Notes: generated by a model not told the origin, from the sequence alone. 33,243 bases of DNA from a virus (IMGVR_UViG_3300044452_000303:1-33243); one strand, 5' to 3'; shown: positions 16,900 through 27,169, counted from the stretch's first letter. Made by a program: numbers and translations.

Positions 16900-17343
16900 A
16901 TGCCTACCATTCGCTGCAAGAATCCGTACTTCAAGGGCTCGCCGCACGGCGTCAAGTTCACTCCCGCAACGGGCGGAGCTGTTGCCAAGGCCTCGGCAGA
17001 GGATGCCGAGAAGATCCTGAAGGACTATCCGAACTCGATGGTGCTGGAGGACGCACAGGAGGCTGATGCCCCTGCAGCCACGCCATCGCCGAATGATTCC
17101 GAGCCCCCTGTAGTGGGTGGCCACTCCGGAATCGAGGCCATCAAGGGTATCGGGCCGAAGATGGCTGACGAGCTCGCATTGGCAGGCATTCGCACGGTTG
17201 CGCAGCTGGCCGAGGCATCGACCGATGCCATCGTAAAGGCGACCGGCGTCAAGCAGGAGAAGGCCTTTGACTGGCACCTGCAGGCAAACGAACTCATGTC
17301 CGACGCCGACGGCGAATCGGGCGAAGACCAGGAGGACGCATGA
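16900..17343 (+). CDS. Helix-hairpin-helix domain protein (Mu gp35 position)
   Basis: IEAIKGIGPKMADELALAGIRTVAQLAEA HhH motif. Confidence 0.8.
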   Translation: MPTIRCKNPYFKGSPHGVKFTPATGGAVAKASAEDAEKILKDYPNSMVLEDAQEADAPAATPSPNDSEPPVVGGHSGIEAIKGIGPKMADELALAGIRTVAQLAEASTDAIVKATGVKQEKAFDWHLQANELMSDADGESGEDQEDA

Positions 17344-17603
17344 ACGCTCTCAAATTACTCGTAAGGCTCGCCAAGGCAGTCACGCCCCCCATTGGTGGAC
17401 GTCTGAAGCGCGCCGGTGCAAAGCTCATTGCAGGCGGCGCAGCCACGGGCGGCGTCAGCCTCTCGCTGCCCGACGTTCCGGATTCATGGGTCCAGGTTAT
17501 CCGCCTGGTCCTCGAAATCCTGACCGTCATCCAGGTCATCCTCGGCACCGTGATGGTCGGAGCCGGTCAGGTTCAGGCCGAAGGCCCTGTGGATGGTGAG
17601 TGA
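17340..17603 (+). CDS. Putative holin / small membrane protein
   Basis: Basic N-terminus and hydrophobic segments, 87 aa. Confidence 0.5.
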   Translation: MNALKLLVRLAKAVTPPIGGRLKRAGAKLIAGGAATGGVSLSLPDVPDSWVQVIRLVLEILTVIQVILGTVMVGAGQVQAEGPVDGE

Positions 17604-17872
17604 TGCCGGAATCGACGGACCATATCTCGCGGGACTACTTCGAGGAGAAGTTCCAGGGCATGTACCGGCTGCAGAAAGACATGCAGGAGGCCATGGTGCG
17701 CCGGGACGAAAAGGACAGCACCGACAAGTCTGAGCTGTTCAAGCGCATTGGAAAGGCCGAGGGGGAGATTTCCACCATCAAGGAGACCCGCCCGACCATC
17801 GGAAAGATTCTGGCCGCAATCGTCACGGTCTCCGGCCTGCTCATCACTGTTGCACAGCTCATCTGGAAATGA
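17600..17872 (+). CDS. Coiled-coil protein with C-terminal TM helix (XhlA/holin-like)
   Basis: Coiled coil followed by ILAAIVTVSGLLITVAQLIW. Confidence 0.55.
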   Translation: MMPESTDHISRDYFEEKFQGMYRLQKDMQEAMVRRDEKDSTDKSELFKRIGKAEGEISTIKETRPTIGKILAAIVTVSGLLITVAQLIWK

Positions 17873-18057
17873 CCATGCCTGCCCTGTATCGCTACACATT
17901 TCGCAAGCCCGGCTCCTACGAGCGCAAGGACGGAACGACGCTGATTGTCGTCACGCCCGGCGCGTCTGAAGTGGGCGGATATCAAGCCTTCAAGGCCAAC
18001 AAAGACATCACCGCTGAAAAGATCGGCGGCGACAAAAACACCGAGGGTGACGACTGA
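17869..18057 (+). CDS. Hypothetical protein
   Basis: Translationally coupled on both sides. Confidence 0.65.
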   Translation: MTMPALYRYTFRKPGSYERKDGTTLIVVTPGASEVGGYQAFKANKDITAEKIGGDKNTEGDD

Positions 18058-18479
18058 TGAGTGTACTATTTGGCGGCGTCGAAACCGTGATCATCGAGGA
18101 GGCCGGTGGCGATTGGGCCACACCTCTCCTGACCATGGCAGACCTGACTGAAGAAGGCAACACCTGGCCGGTTCCGGAAACCGTGACCGCCGGGGTCCAT
18201 GGTGGCCAGCAGGGCCCGACCGGCGAGCGGACACCCTTCGTTGTCCAGGGAATCAACGTCGACGCGACGGCCGCGGAAACCGTCCGGCAGCGGGGACTGG
18301 CCCTTCAGGCCTGCGACGTACGGTTCGTGAGCAAGGACGGCAACGTCACCCGGACGCTCTACGGCGTCCTTGTCAGCGTCGCCACGGCTGGCATCGTCGA
18401 GCACGGCCAATACGGCTTCGTGCGCATTTCGGGCACAGCCGTCAGCTCCGGCGCGGCCAAGTCCTACACCGATTCCTGA
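18057..18479 (+). CDS. Putative tail tube protein, paralog 1
   Basis: Beta-rich 140 aa upstream of the chaperone and TMP; paralogous to the next gene. Confidence 0.6.
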   Translation: MSVLFGGVETVIIEEAGGDWATPLLTMADLTEEGNTWPVPETVTAGVHGGQQGPTGERTPFVVQGINVDATAAETVRQRGLALQACDVRFVSKDGNVTRTLYGVLVSVATAGIVEHGQYGFVRISGTAVSSGAAKSYTDS

Positions 18480-18485
18480 TAGATC

Positions 18486-18926
18486 ATGGCAAACGTACTT
18501 TATTTCGGCGGCGTTGGGAAGGTTGTCATCGATGCTGTTGGCGGCGACTTTACGACCGCCCCGGACATTGAGATAACGCAGTTTGCAGAGGAGGGCAATA
18601 CCTGGCCCGTCCCCGAGGCGATCACGGCCGGGGTTCACGGCGGCCAGCAAGGCCCAACGGGTGAGCGAACGCCATTCTCCTTCAATGCACTGAACGTTGA
18701 TGCGGCTACGGTGGCTACCATTCGTTCCGCTGGATACGCATTGACGCGCAAGGATGTCCAGTTCACGTCCAAGGACGGGAAGACCAAGATGGTCGTAGCC
18801 AAGTGCCTCCTACGCATTGTCACGGCTGGCATCGCAGAGCACGGGCAGTACGGGTTTGTGACGTTCGCAGGCGAGGGCGTCGCATCTGGCGCTGGCGCCA
18901 GCAATACCATCACGCATACTCCGTGA
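18486..18926 (+). CDS. Putative tail tube protein, paralog 2
   Basis: Shares EEGNTWPVPE..TAGVHGGQQGPTGERTPF and EHGQYGFV with the previous gene. Confidence 0.65.
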   Translation: MANVLYFGGVGKVVIDAVGGDFTTAPDIEITQFAEEGNTWPVPEAITAGVHGGQQGPTGERTPFSFNALNVDAATVATIRSAGYALTRKDVQFTSKDGKTKMVVAKCLLRIVTAGIAEHGQYGFVTFAGEGVASGAGASNTITHTP

Positions 18927-19387
18927 GCATTCGGGCCACCATAGCGCGGTCCATGGCTCGCGGCAATCGCCGCGTGACCATCAAGCCCAAGCAGGCAGAG
19001 CCCACACTGAAACGGTTCGAGGGCGTGTGCCTCCTCCTCGGACTGGATCCGGACAATGTTCGGAAGGGGCAGCAATCACTGGGGACGGTCGACGTCGACG
19101 TGGCCGTCGTTGGCCGTCCCTTGCTGTCCCTCGTGTGCAAGAATGCGCATGAAATCGACTTGGACCAGTTCGAGAAGCCAGCCGCCGAGGAGCTGGTTGC
19201 CGTCCTGGTGTCGGATTTTTTTTTGCAGTGCATGATGCATTTCGAAAGGCAGAAGATCGCTGTTCGCACTACGCTCGGCGCTCGGGGGCCGCATACATCC
19301 GAGATGATGCTTCGTCTGGTCCGAGCCTCGCGCGCGCTCTCTCCCGCCTCAGCCCACACGACCATACGCACATCACCAGCGAACTGA
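18923..19387 (+). CDS. Tail assembly chaperone (gpG-like)
   Basis: Lies between tube and TMP and contains the DFF slippery site. Start is GTG 18923 or ATG 18953. Confidence 0.7.
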   Translation: MSIRATIARSMARGNRRVTIKPKQAEPTLKRFEGVCLLLGLDPDNVRKGQQSLGTVDVDVAVVGRPLLSLVCKNAHEIDLDQFEKPAAEELVAVLVSDFFLQCMMHFERQKIAVRTTLGARGPHTSEMMLRLVRASRALSPASAHTTIRTSPAN

Positions 19388-19473
19388 CGCTGGAAGAGGC
19401 CATGTTCTACCTCGGGGTCAAAAGCATTGACCTGAAGATGGAGGAGATCGCCAATAAGAGCCGGGGGAAATAA
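19216..19473 (+). other. -1 programmed frameshift site (T9, 19216-19224) and gpGT-like extension
   Basis: GAT TTT TTT TTG; the -1 frame stays open to TAA 19473, which overlaps the TMP ATG. Confidence 0.8.
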
Positions 19474-22400
19474 TGGCACGCTCCATCAAGCTCGTAATCG
19501 ACCTGGACGGCGCAAGCGGCGCGGTCAGCGGCATTCGCTCCGTCGAGGGCTCAGTCGTTGATCTCCGGAAGACGGCGGAAAAGGAAGGCCCCCGGTTTGG
19601 CCGCGTCATGGAGACGGCTCTCGGCTTCGTCACCGCCCAGGTGGTTGATGATATCCGGGCCCGGCTCATGGCCATCCCCGGCGCGATCGTGTCGACGGGC
19701 GCAGCCGTACAAAGTCAGCTTGCAGACCTGTCGGCCATTACCGGCATCATGGGCGATGATCTGAAGCGCCTGGGCGACACGGCGGTTGATGAGTCCATCC
19801 GGACGGGCGTTGCCGCAGTCGATCAGATTGAGGCGTTCAAGCTCCTGGCATCCAACATTGACATTGCCACCATTGGCGGCGTCGACGGACTGGAGAAGCT
19901 GGGAACGGAGGTTGTGACGCTCAGCCGGGCGGCAAAAATCGACCTGGCCACGGCGGCGAACGTAGTCGCATCAAGCTTGAACCAGTGGCAGATGTCAGCC
20001 GATCAGAGCGCTCGCGTCGTGAACGTCCTGGCGGCTGGTTCCAAGTTCGGAGCAGCTGAGGTTGGTGACCTGGGCGCAGCGCTCAAGGAAAGCGGTACCA
20101 CGGCTGCACAGGCGGGCGTCGATTACGAGGTGGCAGTCGGTGCAATCGAGATTCTAAGCCAGAACGCGCTGAAGGGATCTCAGGCAGGAACTGGTCTCAG
20201 GAACGTTATCACGATTCTTCGGACCGAAGCGGCGAAGCTGGCCAAGTTCGGGATCAAGGACGTGAACCTGGAATCCGATGGCCTGGTGAATACCCTCATC
20301 AAGCTGGAGCCATTGCTCGGCGATGCCGCCGGTATGGCCGAGGTCTTTGGGCGTGAAAACCTGAACGCTGCCGCCATCCTGATCCAGAATGCCGAGGCTG
20401 TCGGGGAGATGACCGAGAAGGTCACGGACACCACCACAGCGCAGGAGCAGGCTGAAATACAGTCCAACACCTACGGCGAGGCGATCAAGCGCCTTAGCGC
20501 CCTGATGGACAGTCTCAGCGTCGACATTTTCGATAGCCTGGAAGAGTCGATGGTGGCCCTGATCGATACGTCGATCGCGTTTGTCGATCTCATGCGGGAA
20601 TCGGGTGATGAGGCGGCAGTCGTTGCCAAGGCGGTCGGCGTGTTGGCTGTGGCCGTCGGAACGTATACCGCCGTCAGTCGCGCCTCCGCGATCGCCACGG
20701 CCACTCAGTTGGCCGTTACGCGGGCCTACCGGGCCGTGGTTGCTGCGGTTGAGCTCATCATGTGGAGAGCGACAGCAGCCCAGATCGCCCTGACCAACGC
20801 CATGCGGTCGAATCCGTGGGGGCTGGCCTTGTCAGCTGTAGCGGCAGTGGCTTCTGCCATGCTGATTTTCAGGGACAACACCGCCGATGCGACGGAAGAG
20901 ATCGAGGAGCAACGCGAAAAGGTGCAGGGCCTGACCAAGGACATCGAGAAACTGCAGGGTGCACAGCTGCTGGGCCGCCGTAATGAGCTCAAAACCCAAC
21001 TGGAGGACCTGGAATCCGGCCTGATGGACATCGTTGAGCAGCGCGAAAGCATGGCGCTTCGGATCCGTCTTTCCCAGCAACGCGAAGGCGATGGGTATGG
21101 CGAACTTGCCGCCCTGGATGAAAAGCGATTGGCCACGCAGAAGCGCATCCTGGAAGTCCGTGATGCGATCGAGCAGGCAGATGCCCGAGGGGCCCAGAGT
21201 CTGGAGTTTCGCCGGGCAGTACTGCAGCAGCAGGTAGACGCGCTGGTAGACCAGGGCGAGGAGACCGCCGAGCTTATTGAGAAGCGTAAGGAGCTGGCCA
21301 CCGTTGAGGCTGAAATCGAAGCGCTGCGCACTGGCGGCAGCGGATCAGGCGGAGGCCTGTCGACCGATGAGGCGGCAAAGATCCGCAAGCGTGAACTGCA
21401 GCGCCGAACGCTCCAACTGGAACTCATGGAAGAGTCCACCGAGAAGCGCCTTGAGGCCATTTCGCTGGCCATCGACCAGGAAGTCGAGAAGTACCGGGAA
21501 GAGTACGGCGAGCAGTTTCCGACGCTGTTCGAGGAGCTGGCGGCCAAGCTCGAAGCCGAGAAGGAAAAGATGCGCAATGCGGTCACGTCGGCCGGGTCCG
21601 CTGCGGTACCGGTCAAGGTGGAGCTGGTGCCCGAAGTGGCGCTGAAGGAAGAAGACATTGATTTCTCGTTCCTGGACGACGCCCTGCGACCACTGGACGG
21701 CTCAATCAGCGCCGTGAATCACAATCTGGCCGTCCTACGGGAGCGGTATCTCGAAGCGCAGTCCGCGTCCGAACGCTGGCAGATCCGGGGCCAGATCGTG
21801 GACATGGAAAATGCGGCCGACGAGATGACAAACATGCAGTCTCGCATCCAAACGCTGGCCACCACGGGCGCGGATATGTTCTCAATGCTCGGCCAGTCCA
21901 TTGGCGAGAGCATGGCTACAGGCCAATCAGCCATCGAATCCATTGCTCGATCGGTGAACAAGATGCTGGCCGATATGGCCGTTCAGCTCGGAAAGTCGCT
22001 TTTAGCACAGGCGGCAGCGCTGGCCATTCTGGCTCCTGGAAGAGCGGCAAGGCTGGCCGTGGCCGGTACAGGACTCATTGTGCTAGGGAGCGCACTCGGG
22101 GCCGCTGCCAGCCGTCAGGGCCGGGAGTCCGGTACTGGATCAAGCGCTGCCACGGGGCGACTTGTTGAAACGACGCCGGGCGAATACGAATGGCAGGCTT
22201 ATCGTGACGGCGGCCTCGTTACGGGCCCCGGATCCTCGCGGTCCGATTCGATTCCGGCATGGCTGTCAAATGGGGAATTTGTGGTCAATGCTCGCGCCAC
22301 GCGTGAACACTACCCACTCCTCAGCTCCATTAATGCGGGTGCCGTCGTCGCCAGTATTAACAGCCGACGAGCTGGCGATCGCGGCATCAACCAGCGCGAA

Positions 22401-22529
22401 TTGGAGGAAGCGGTTGCGAAAGCCGTAGTGGCCGGCGTGAAGCGAATCCCGCTTGAGGCCTCGGGTCGATCGCTCAAATCCGTAGCAGCAAGGCAGCAGG
22501 AAATCGACTCCTGGGCGGGCAAGATCTGA
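19473..22529 (+). CDS. Tail tape measure protein (TP901 family)
   Basis: 1018 aa, Ala-rich helical; G..GSQAGTGLRN core and C-terminal GGLVTGPGSSRSDSIPAWLSNGEFVVNA. Confidence 0.93.
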   Translation: MARSIKLVIDLDGASGAVSGIRSVEGSVVDLRKTAEKEGPRFGRVMETALGFVTAQVVDDIRARLMAIPGAIVSTGAAVQSQLADLSAITGIMGDDLKRLGDTAVDESIRTGVAAVDQIEAFKLLASNIDIATIGGVDGLEKLGTEVVTLSRAAKIDLATAANVVASSLNQWQMSADQSARVVNVLAAGSKFGAAEVGDLGAALKESGTTAAQAGVDYEVAVGAIEILSQNALKGSQAGTGLRNVITILRTEAAKLAKFGIKDVNLESDGLVNTLIKLEPLLGDAAGMAEVFGRENLNAAAILIQNAEAVGEMTEKVTDTTTAQEQAEIQSNTYGEAIKRLSALMDSLSVDIFDSLEESMVALIDTSIAFVDLMRESGDEAAVVAKAVGVLAVAVGTYTAVSRASAIATATQLAVTRAYRAVVAAVELIMWRATAAQIALTNAMRSNPWGLALSAVAAVASAMLIFRDNTADATEEIEEQREKVQGLTKDIEKLQGAQLLGRRNELKTQLEDLESGLMDIVEQRESMALRIRLSQQREGDGYGELAALDEKRLATQKRILEVRDAIEQADARGAQSLEFRRAVLQQQVDALVDQGEETAELIEKRKELATVEAEIEALRTGGSGSGGGLSTDEAAKIRKRELQRRTLQLELMEESTEKRLEAISLAIDQEVEKYREEYGEQFPTLFEELAAKLEAEKEKMRNAVTSAGSAAVPVKVELVPEVALKEEDIDFSFLDDALRPLDGSISAVNHNLAVLRERYLEAQSASERWQIRGQIVDMENAADEMTNMQSRIQTLATTGADMFSMLGQSIGESMATGQSAIESIARSVNKMLADMAVQLGKSLLAQAAALAILAPGRAARLAVAGTGLIVLGSALGAAASRQGRESGTGSSAATGRLVETTPGEYEWQAYRDGGLVTGPGSSRSDSIPAWLSNGEFVVNARATREHYPLLSSINAGAVVASINSRRAGDRGINQRELEEAVAKAVVAGVKRIPLEASGRSLKSVAARQQEIDSWAGKI

Positions 22530-25500
22530 TGGCATACGGCGTCAAATATCAGCAGGTCGCATCCTTCGGGGGCCGCACGATTGGCATCTACCTGGAGAAG
22601 TCCGGATTCGAAGGCGAACCAACGGACATCGTGCTGGGCAGCGGAACGCTTCGCCGGTCGGACTCCGGGCCCGACAGTTCGGAGCTGGCAGAACTCCGTC
22701 CCTGGACAGCGGAAATCCCCGTGCCTCCACAGCATTCGGACGTCATCGATGACGTGTTCGGGGATGATGCTACGTGGCGCGTCCGGCAGGAAATCGACGG
22801 GCAGCCGGATCTCTTGGGATTCATCAACAAGGACCGATGGGAAGGCGATGAAGACTACTTCTCCGGCGGCTCGGTCCTGATTGCGGGCGACGGCATTGGA
22901 CTCCTTCAGGGCATTCCCCTGGTGGCGGGTGACGGCACGATCGGGACCCTGCTCAGTGACGGTGACAAGTCCTGGGCGGAGTGGGTGCTTTTCATTCTGA
23001 ATAAGCTGGAAACCGAGCAGCCGGTCCGGATGGCCGTTGAGCGTTACGCCTACCAAATGGACCAAGGCCTCCCTTCGGTCACCCAGGAGATGATCCCGCC
23101 CACGGCATGGGTCCAGGTAGGGGTTCAACCTCCGTCCTGCTATGAGGTGCTTAGGAGCCTGCTTCGCGGCGTAGGTGCATTCATCTACAGCCGGTATGGC
23201 GCTTGGCATGTCCATGAGCGCCGCAAGTATGAGGCCGCAAGCTTCCCCGTCCTCGTGATACCGCACAATCACTTTACGGAAGCCGCTGCGACCTCGACGG
23301 ACACGCACACCGCGCGTTTTGTCATTCCGAGTGGTAACGCCGAATGGTGGCATTTTCACGACGGATCGCAGTCCTCGCGGCTGCCACGTTGGACGTCCGC
23401 CGAAGTCAAGTACGACCATGGACCGCTGGAATCCATCATCAACAATCCCGGCTTTGAGCGCTTTCCGCAGGGCCAGGATGAAGGTGTAGACGAGTGGACG
23501 CTCCACGGCGGCGCGGAGATAGCCATCAAGTCGACCAACAGGTCGGGCGGGCTGAACCGATCGGTCAGGCTCGACAACAGCGTGCTCACACTGGTCCGGT
23601 CCGTCACGCAGCCTGTCGTCCTGGAGGGGCATTCACTGCTCGTCAATCCCCGGTGCTTCCGCGAACTGACGGCAGCTGCCCGAGAAGACTCGAAGAACGT
23701 GGGGGCGGTGGATGCGCGCGTCCGCGTGATCGCGGTTGGCGTCGATTCAGGAACGACGCGCTACCTCAAGAAAACCGCCGTCCAGTCGATTGGAACATGG
23801 CAGGACCTAGTCGGGGACGTTGCCCGCGTAAAGGTGGCCAGCGAAGAGTGGCAGGAGCTTGAAATCCGTTCTGCAGCGCTTCCTGAAACCTCCCGGATCC
23901 GGATCGAGCTGCTGCCTGTCGATGAGATCGTACCAACCGGGGCCGAGAAGAAGACGGCATACACCTGGTGGGACGACGTCCAGGTCATTCCTATCGATGG
24001 AGCCAGGGGCGGCGCTTTCGCCTCAACGCGCATGATTGACTACGTAAGCCGCTCGGGCGGGGCCCGGCGCGACGCGATCGTGGTTGACCATGGCCAAGGA
24101 CCGACGTCCGCCCATCGTGGCGCATGCCGTCTGTCTGACGGGACGCTGCTGTCCGACTACAAAGACGAGCCGTACGGGCTGGCCGAGGAAGCATCGGGCG
24201 TAACCCGCGAGCAGGTCCTTCTGCATGATGTTCTGGAAATGAGCCGCATGGGCCTGAAGCGGATTCAGATGACGTTCGTTCGCCAGGTGGAAGTGGACTG
24301 TGTGACCGCAGTCCAGGTGGCCGGAGGGCTGTTCTTGCCGGTGGCCATCGACGAAAACGTTGAGGACGCGGTCAAGGAATGCACACTGATCGAAATCGCG
24401 CGGGACCCATTTGCAGCCGACTTCGACGCCCTTGGCGCGGATGGCGCTGATCTGCTCACGGGCCCGGCTGGAAGCGGCGTTGCCTTGCTCCTGCAGCAGC
24501 GCGATGATGAGCGCGGCGCGAGTGCCGTTATTTCAGCGCTGACGACGCTCACGCTGGACGTTGGCCCAGGCATTGTGGATCGCATTCCGATTGAGCTGAC
24601 GGAGCCCATGACTCGGGACCAGGAGGCCATGAAGGAGGGCAAGCAAATCACGATCGGCGGGCTCCGGGGCGGGATGTGGCAGATGGTGTTGTCGGCGGAC
24701 CAGAAGGGCGGGGATCCATTCCTCTACGTCGTTCCCTATGATCTGGGCACGGACTTCATCCCGGCCGGATCGGGAGTCACGCCGTCGACTGCAGACCTTT
24801 ACAACGTACTGACGCTCACGCGTGACGTCACGTTCAACCTCATTCGGCAGGGCAGCCTTGCGCAACTGACGGCTTCCTATGATGAGGTATCGCTGGACGA
24901 GATTGCTGTTTCTGCCCTTCGCGAGCGCATTGATGCGGGTCGGATGCTGGAGCGACGCGATCGGGAAGGAACGGTCCTGGAGTTCTGGGTCCGCGAAAAC
25001 GCGCCCAAGGGAGCCAAGCGCCTGAAGATCAATGCCGATCGGCCCATCTTTGCGGATGTCCTGGATGGCGACGTGGTCGTCGGCAAGACGCTCACGAACC
25101 CCGTCCCTGTCATATTCACAGGGTCAGTCGGGGATGCTATTCGACGGTCCGATGTGGCCGAGCAGCTGGAATCCCTGGAAACCGCCCAAGGCCTGACGCG
25201 CACGGTTACCCGTGCGGAGTTCAACGCCATGGAAAGGCGATTGGAAGAGGTTACTGCCGGGCCCGTCGAACAGCTGACCGATGCGCTCGGTGAGCCCTGG
25301 ACGTCCAATGGTACGCCAATCCAGTTCTCGAAGAAGCTCCGTGACATCATTCCTGAGCATGCCGACGAGCTGGTGGTCCACGGATCGGCCATCCAGCAGC
25401 TGGACGATTCGGTGACGCTGATCGTCGCTGGCGTGGACCCGAACGTTGTGAACCTCGCCGTCCTGGACGTCCGTGTCGGGGACAACGAATCAGAGATATC

Positions 25501-26869
25501 ATCCCACACGGGTGTTTTCGCATCCAATGGACTGGACGGCACCACGAATATTTCCCAGCGCGTCCAGTTCACGGAAGATGACATCTCCATCAATGCGTTG
25601 GCCATTGCGGGAATCGAGGCCAACCTCAGCCTGAACGGCATCGACGCGACGTCCAATCTGGCCACCCGAGTTGGCATCGTGGAAACGGATACAGGCAGCA
25701 ACGCCACAGCGATCTCTACCCTGCAGTCCGACCTCGCAGCCAATGGCATAAACGGCTCATCCAACCTGACGCTGGCGGTCAATACGGCTCAGGACCAAGC
25801 GGATTACAATGCGTCGTCTATCGCCAACCTCAGCAGCACGCTTTCGGCGAACGGGATCACCGGCGCGACGAACGTCAGCCAGGCCATCATTTTCAACTCG
25901 GACGATATCGACGCTCTCGATACTGCCATTGTGGACATTGGGGCCATTCTGACGACGAATGGCATCACCAACTTCACCAACATCAAGTCCACGGTGGACA
26001 CCATCGGGGCCCGCGTGGTGGTCACGGTCAGTGGCGGCGGAACGCTTGGGACCATTTCGTTGGAATCCGGCGCAACCGGATCCGTGGCCGCAATCGATGC
26101 CAGTCAAATCAACCTGACTGGAGACACGAGTGTTGATGGCAGCTTTGTCGTTGCGGGCGCAAACGTCCACATCACAGCAGCGACTACGTTTGACGGGAAT
26201 GTCGTGATCAATGGCATCCTGGACGGCGTGACGGGTACGTTCTCGGGAGATCTCGATGCGGCTGGTGGGTCCTTCTCTGGCAGCCTGGACGCCGCATCGG
26301 GCACATTCGCTGGAGCGCTCGATGCTGCTAGCGGATCGCTGGGCACACTGGCGCTGTCGGGCGACCTGACCATGGCCGGAGGGAATTACCTCAGCGGGGC
26401 GGGTACTGCGTCCTTTGGGTCAGCCACGATTGGTGGGATGACGTTTTCAGGGTACTCCATTACCGCAACGGCAGGTTCGCCAGCGCCATCCATTTCCGTC
26501 GACAGCTCCAACTGGCTCTACCTGAACGGCGACAACGGCGTCGCCATCACCGGATTCGGGGAGCTGACTCATAATGGCAACGCCGTCTACGACCACAACA
26601 ACTTTTCATTTTACCTGGGCTTCTGGGGCCTGTGGTCTGAGAACAACGACGGGCCCGGATCCGGGATGCATGCGGATCTACTGGACGGATATCACGCTGC
26701 AGACTTCCTGCTCGCATCGGGCGGGGCGACGTTCTCCTTCAACGAAACAGAGCACCGGGATGAGCCCGTCACCGGAATATCCCAATATCGCCAGCGCAGC
26801 ATTTCCGTCATAGACGGTCAGGCTCAGACTCCGGGCGCATGGGGAAGCTGGATTTACATCAACAACTAG
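22529..26869 (+). CDS. Large fused tail tip / central fibre protein
   Basis: 1446 aa after the TMP, with a CBM-like INNPGFE..W segment, 36-aa coiled-coil repeats, GTFSGxLDAA repeats and the fibre motif DGPGSGMHADLLDGYH. Confidence 0.8.
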   Translation: MAYGVKYQQVASFGGRTIGIYLEKSGFEGEPTDIVLGSGTLRRSDSGPDSSELAELRPWTAEIPVPPQHSDVIDDVFGDDATWRVRQEIDGQPDLLGFINKDRWEGDEDYFSGGSVLIAGDGIGLLQGIPLVAGDGTIGTLLSDGDKSWAEWVLFILNKLETEQPVRMAVERYAYQMDQGLPSVTQEMIPPTAWVQVGVQPPSCYEVLRSLLRGVGAFIYSRYGAWHVHERRKYEAASFPVLVIPHNHFTEAAATSTDTHTARFVIPSGNAEWWHFHDGSQSSRLPRWTSAEVKYDHGPLESIINNPGFERFPQGQDEGVDEWTLHGGAEIAIKSTNRSGGLNRSVRLDNSVLTLVRSVTQPVVLEGHSLLVNPRCFRELTAAAREDSKNVGAVDARVRVIAVGVDSGTTRYLKKTAVQSIGTWQDLVGDVARVKVASEEWQELEIRSAALPETSRIRIELLPVDEIVPTGAEKKTAYTWWDDVQVIPIDGARGGAFASTRMIDYVSRSGGARRDAIVVDHGQGPTSAHRGACRLSDGTLLSDYKDEPYGLAEEASGVTREQVLLHDVLEMSRMGLKRIQMTFVRQVEVDCVTAVQVAGGLFLPVAIDENVEDAVKECTLIEIARDPFAADFDALGADGADLLTGPAGSGVALLLQQRDDERGASAVISALTTLTLDVGPGIVDRIPIELTEPMTRDQEAMKEGKQITIGGLRGGMWQMVLSADQKGGDPFLYVVPYDLGTDFIPAGSGVTPSTADLYNVLTLTRDVTFNLIRQGSLAQLTASYDEVSLDEIAVSALRERIDAGRMLERRDREGTVLEFWVRENAPKGAKRLKINADRPIFADVLDGDVVVGKTLTNPVPVIFTGSVGDAIRRSDVAEQLESLETAQGLTRTVTRAEFNAMERRLEEVTAGPVEQLTDALGEPWTSNGTPIQFSKKLRDIIPEHADELVVHGSAIQQLDDSVTLIVAGVDPNVVNLAVLDVRVGDNESEISSHTGVFASNGLDGTTNISQRVQFTEDDISINALAIAGIEANLSLNGIDATSNLATRVGIVETDTGSNATAISTLQSDLAANGINGSSNLTLAVNTAQDQADYNASSIANLSSTLSANGITGATNVSQAIIFNSDDIDALDTAIVDIGAILTTNGITNFTNIKSTVDTIGARVVVTVSGGGTLGTISLESGATGSVAAIDASQINLTGDTSVDGSFVVAGANVHITAATTFDGNVVINGILDGVTGTFSGDLDAAGGSFSGSLDAASGTFAGALDAASGSLGTLALSGDLTMAGGNYLSGAGTASFGSATIGGMTFSGYSITATAGSPAPSISVDSSNWLYLNGDNGVAITGFGELTHNGNAVYDHNNFSFYLGFWGLWSENNDGPGSGMHADLLDGYHAADFLLASGGATFSFNETEHRDEPVTGISQYRQRSISVIDGQAQTPGAWGSWIYINN

Positions 26870-26878
26870 GATCACATC

Positions 26879-27169
26879 ATGAACCAGGACAAGATCACCG
26901 AAAAGCTGCTGGCCAGCGCCAGCGCCATCGAGGACGACGCGCAGCGTGTCAAGAAGCTCATGCACGCATCCAATACGCTCAGCCCGGATCGGGCCGCGGC
27001 CATCCTGGACGAGTGCGAATCGATCATTGACGACATGGACCCGGAAGACCAGGTCGGCCTGTATGGTGAGCTCATCGCATACCAGGACCGCGTCGAGACT
27101 CGCATGAAACACCAGAAGGAGGCCGAAGAGGCCCATCAGGCACGAATCAACAAAGCAAAATCCAACTAA
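26879..27169 (+). CDS. Hypothetical helical protein
   Basis: Within the operon, with phage-like codon usage. Confidence 0.7.
   Translation: MNQDKITEKLLASASAIEDDAQRVKKLMHASNTLSPDRAAAILDECESIIDDMDPEDQVGLYGELIAYQDRVETRMKHQKEAEEAHQARINKAKSN

Noticed and set aside
18054-18084. CTGATGA...CGAAA resembling a second hammerhead (also CTGATGA at 11214-11220, minus strand)
   Set aside because: These are TGATG stop-start overlaps between genes, and stems I-III cannot be formed.
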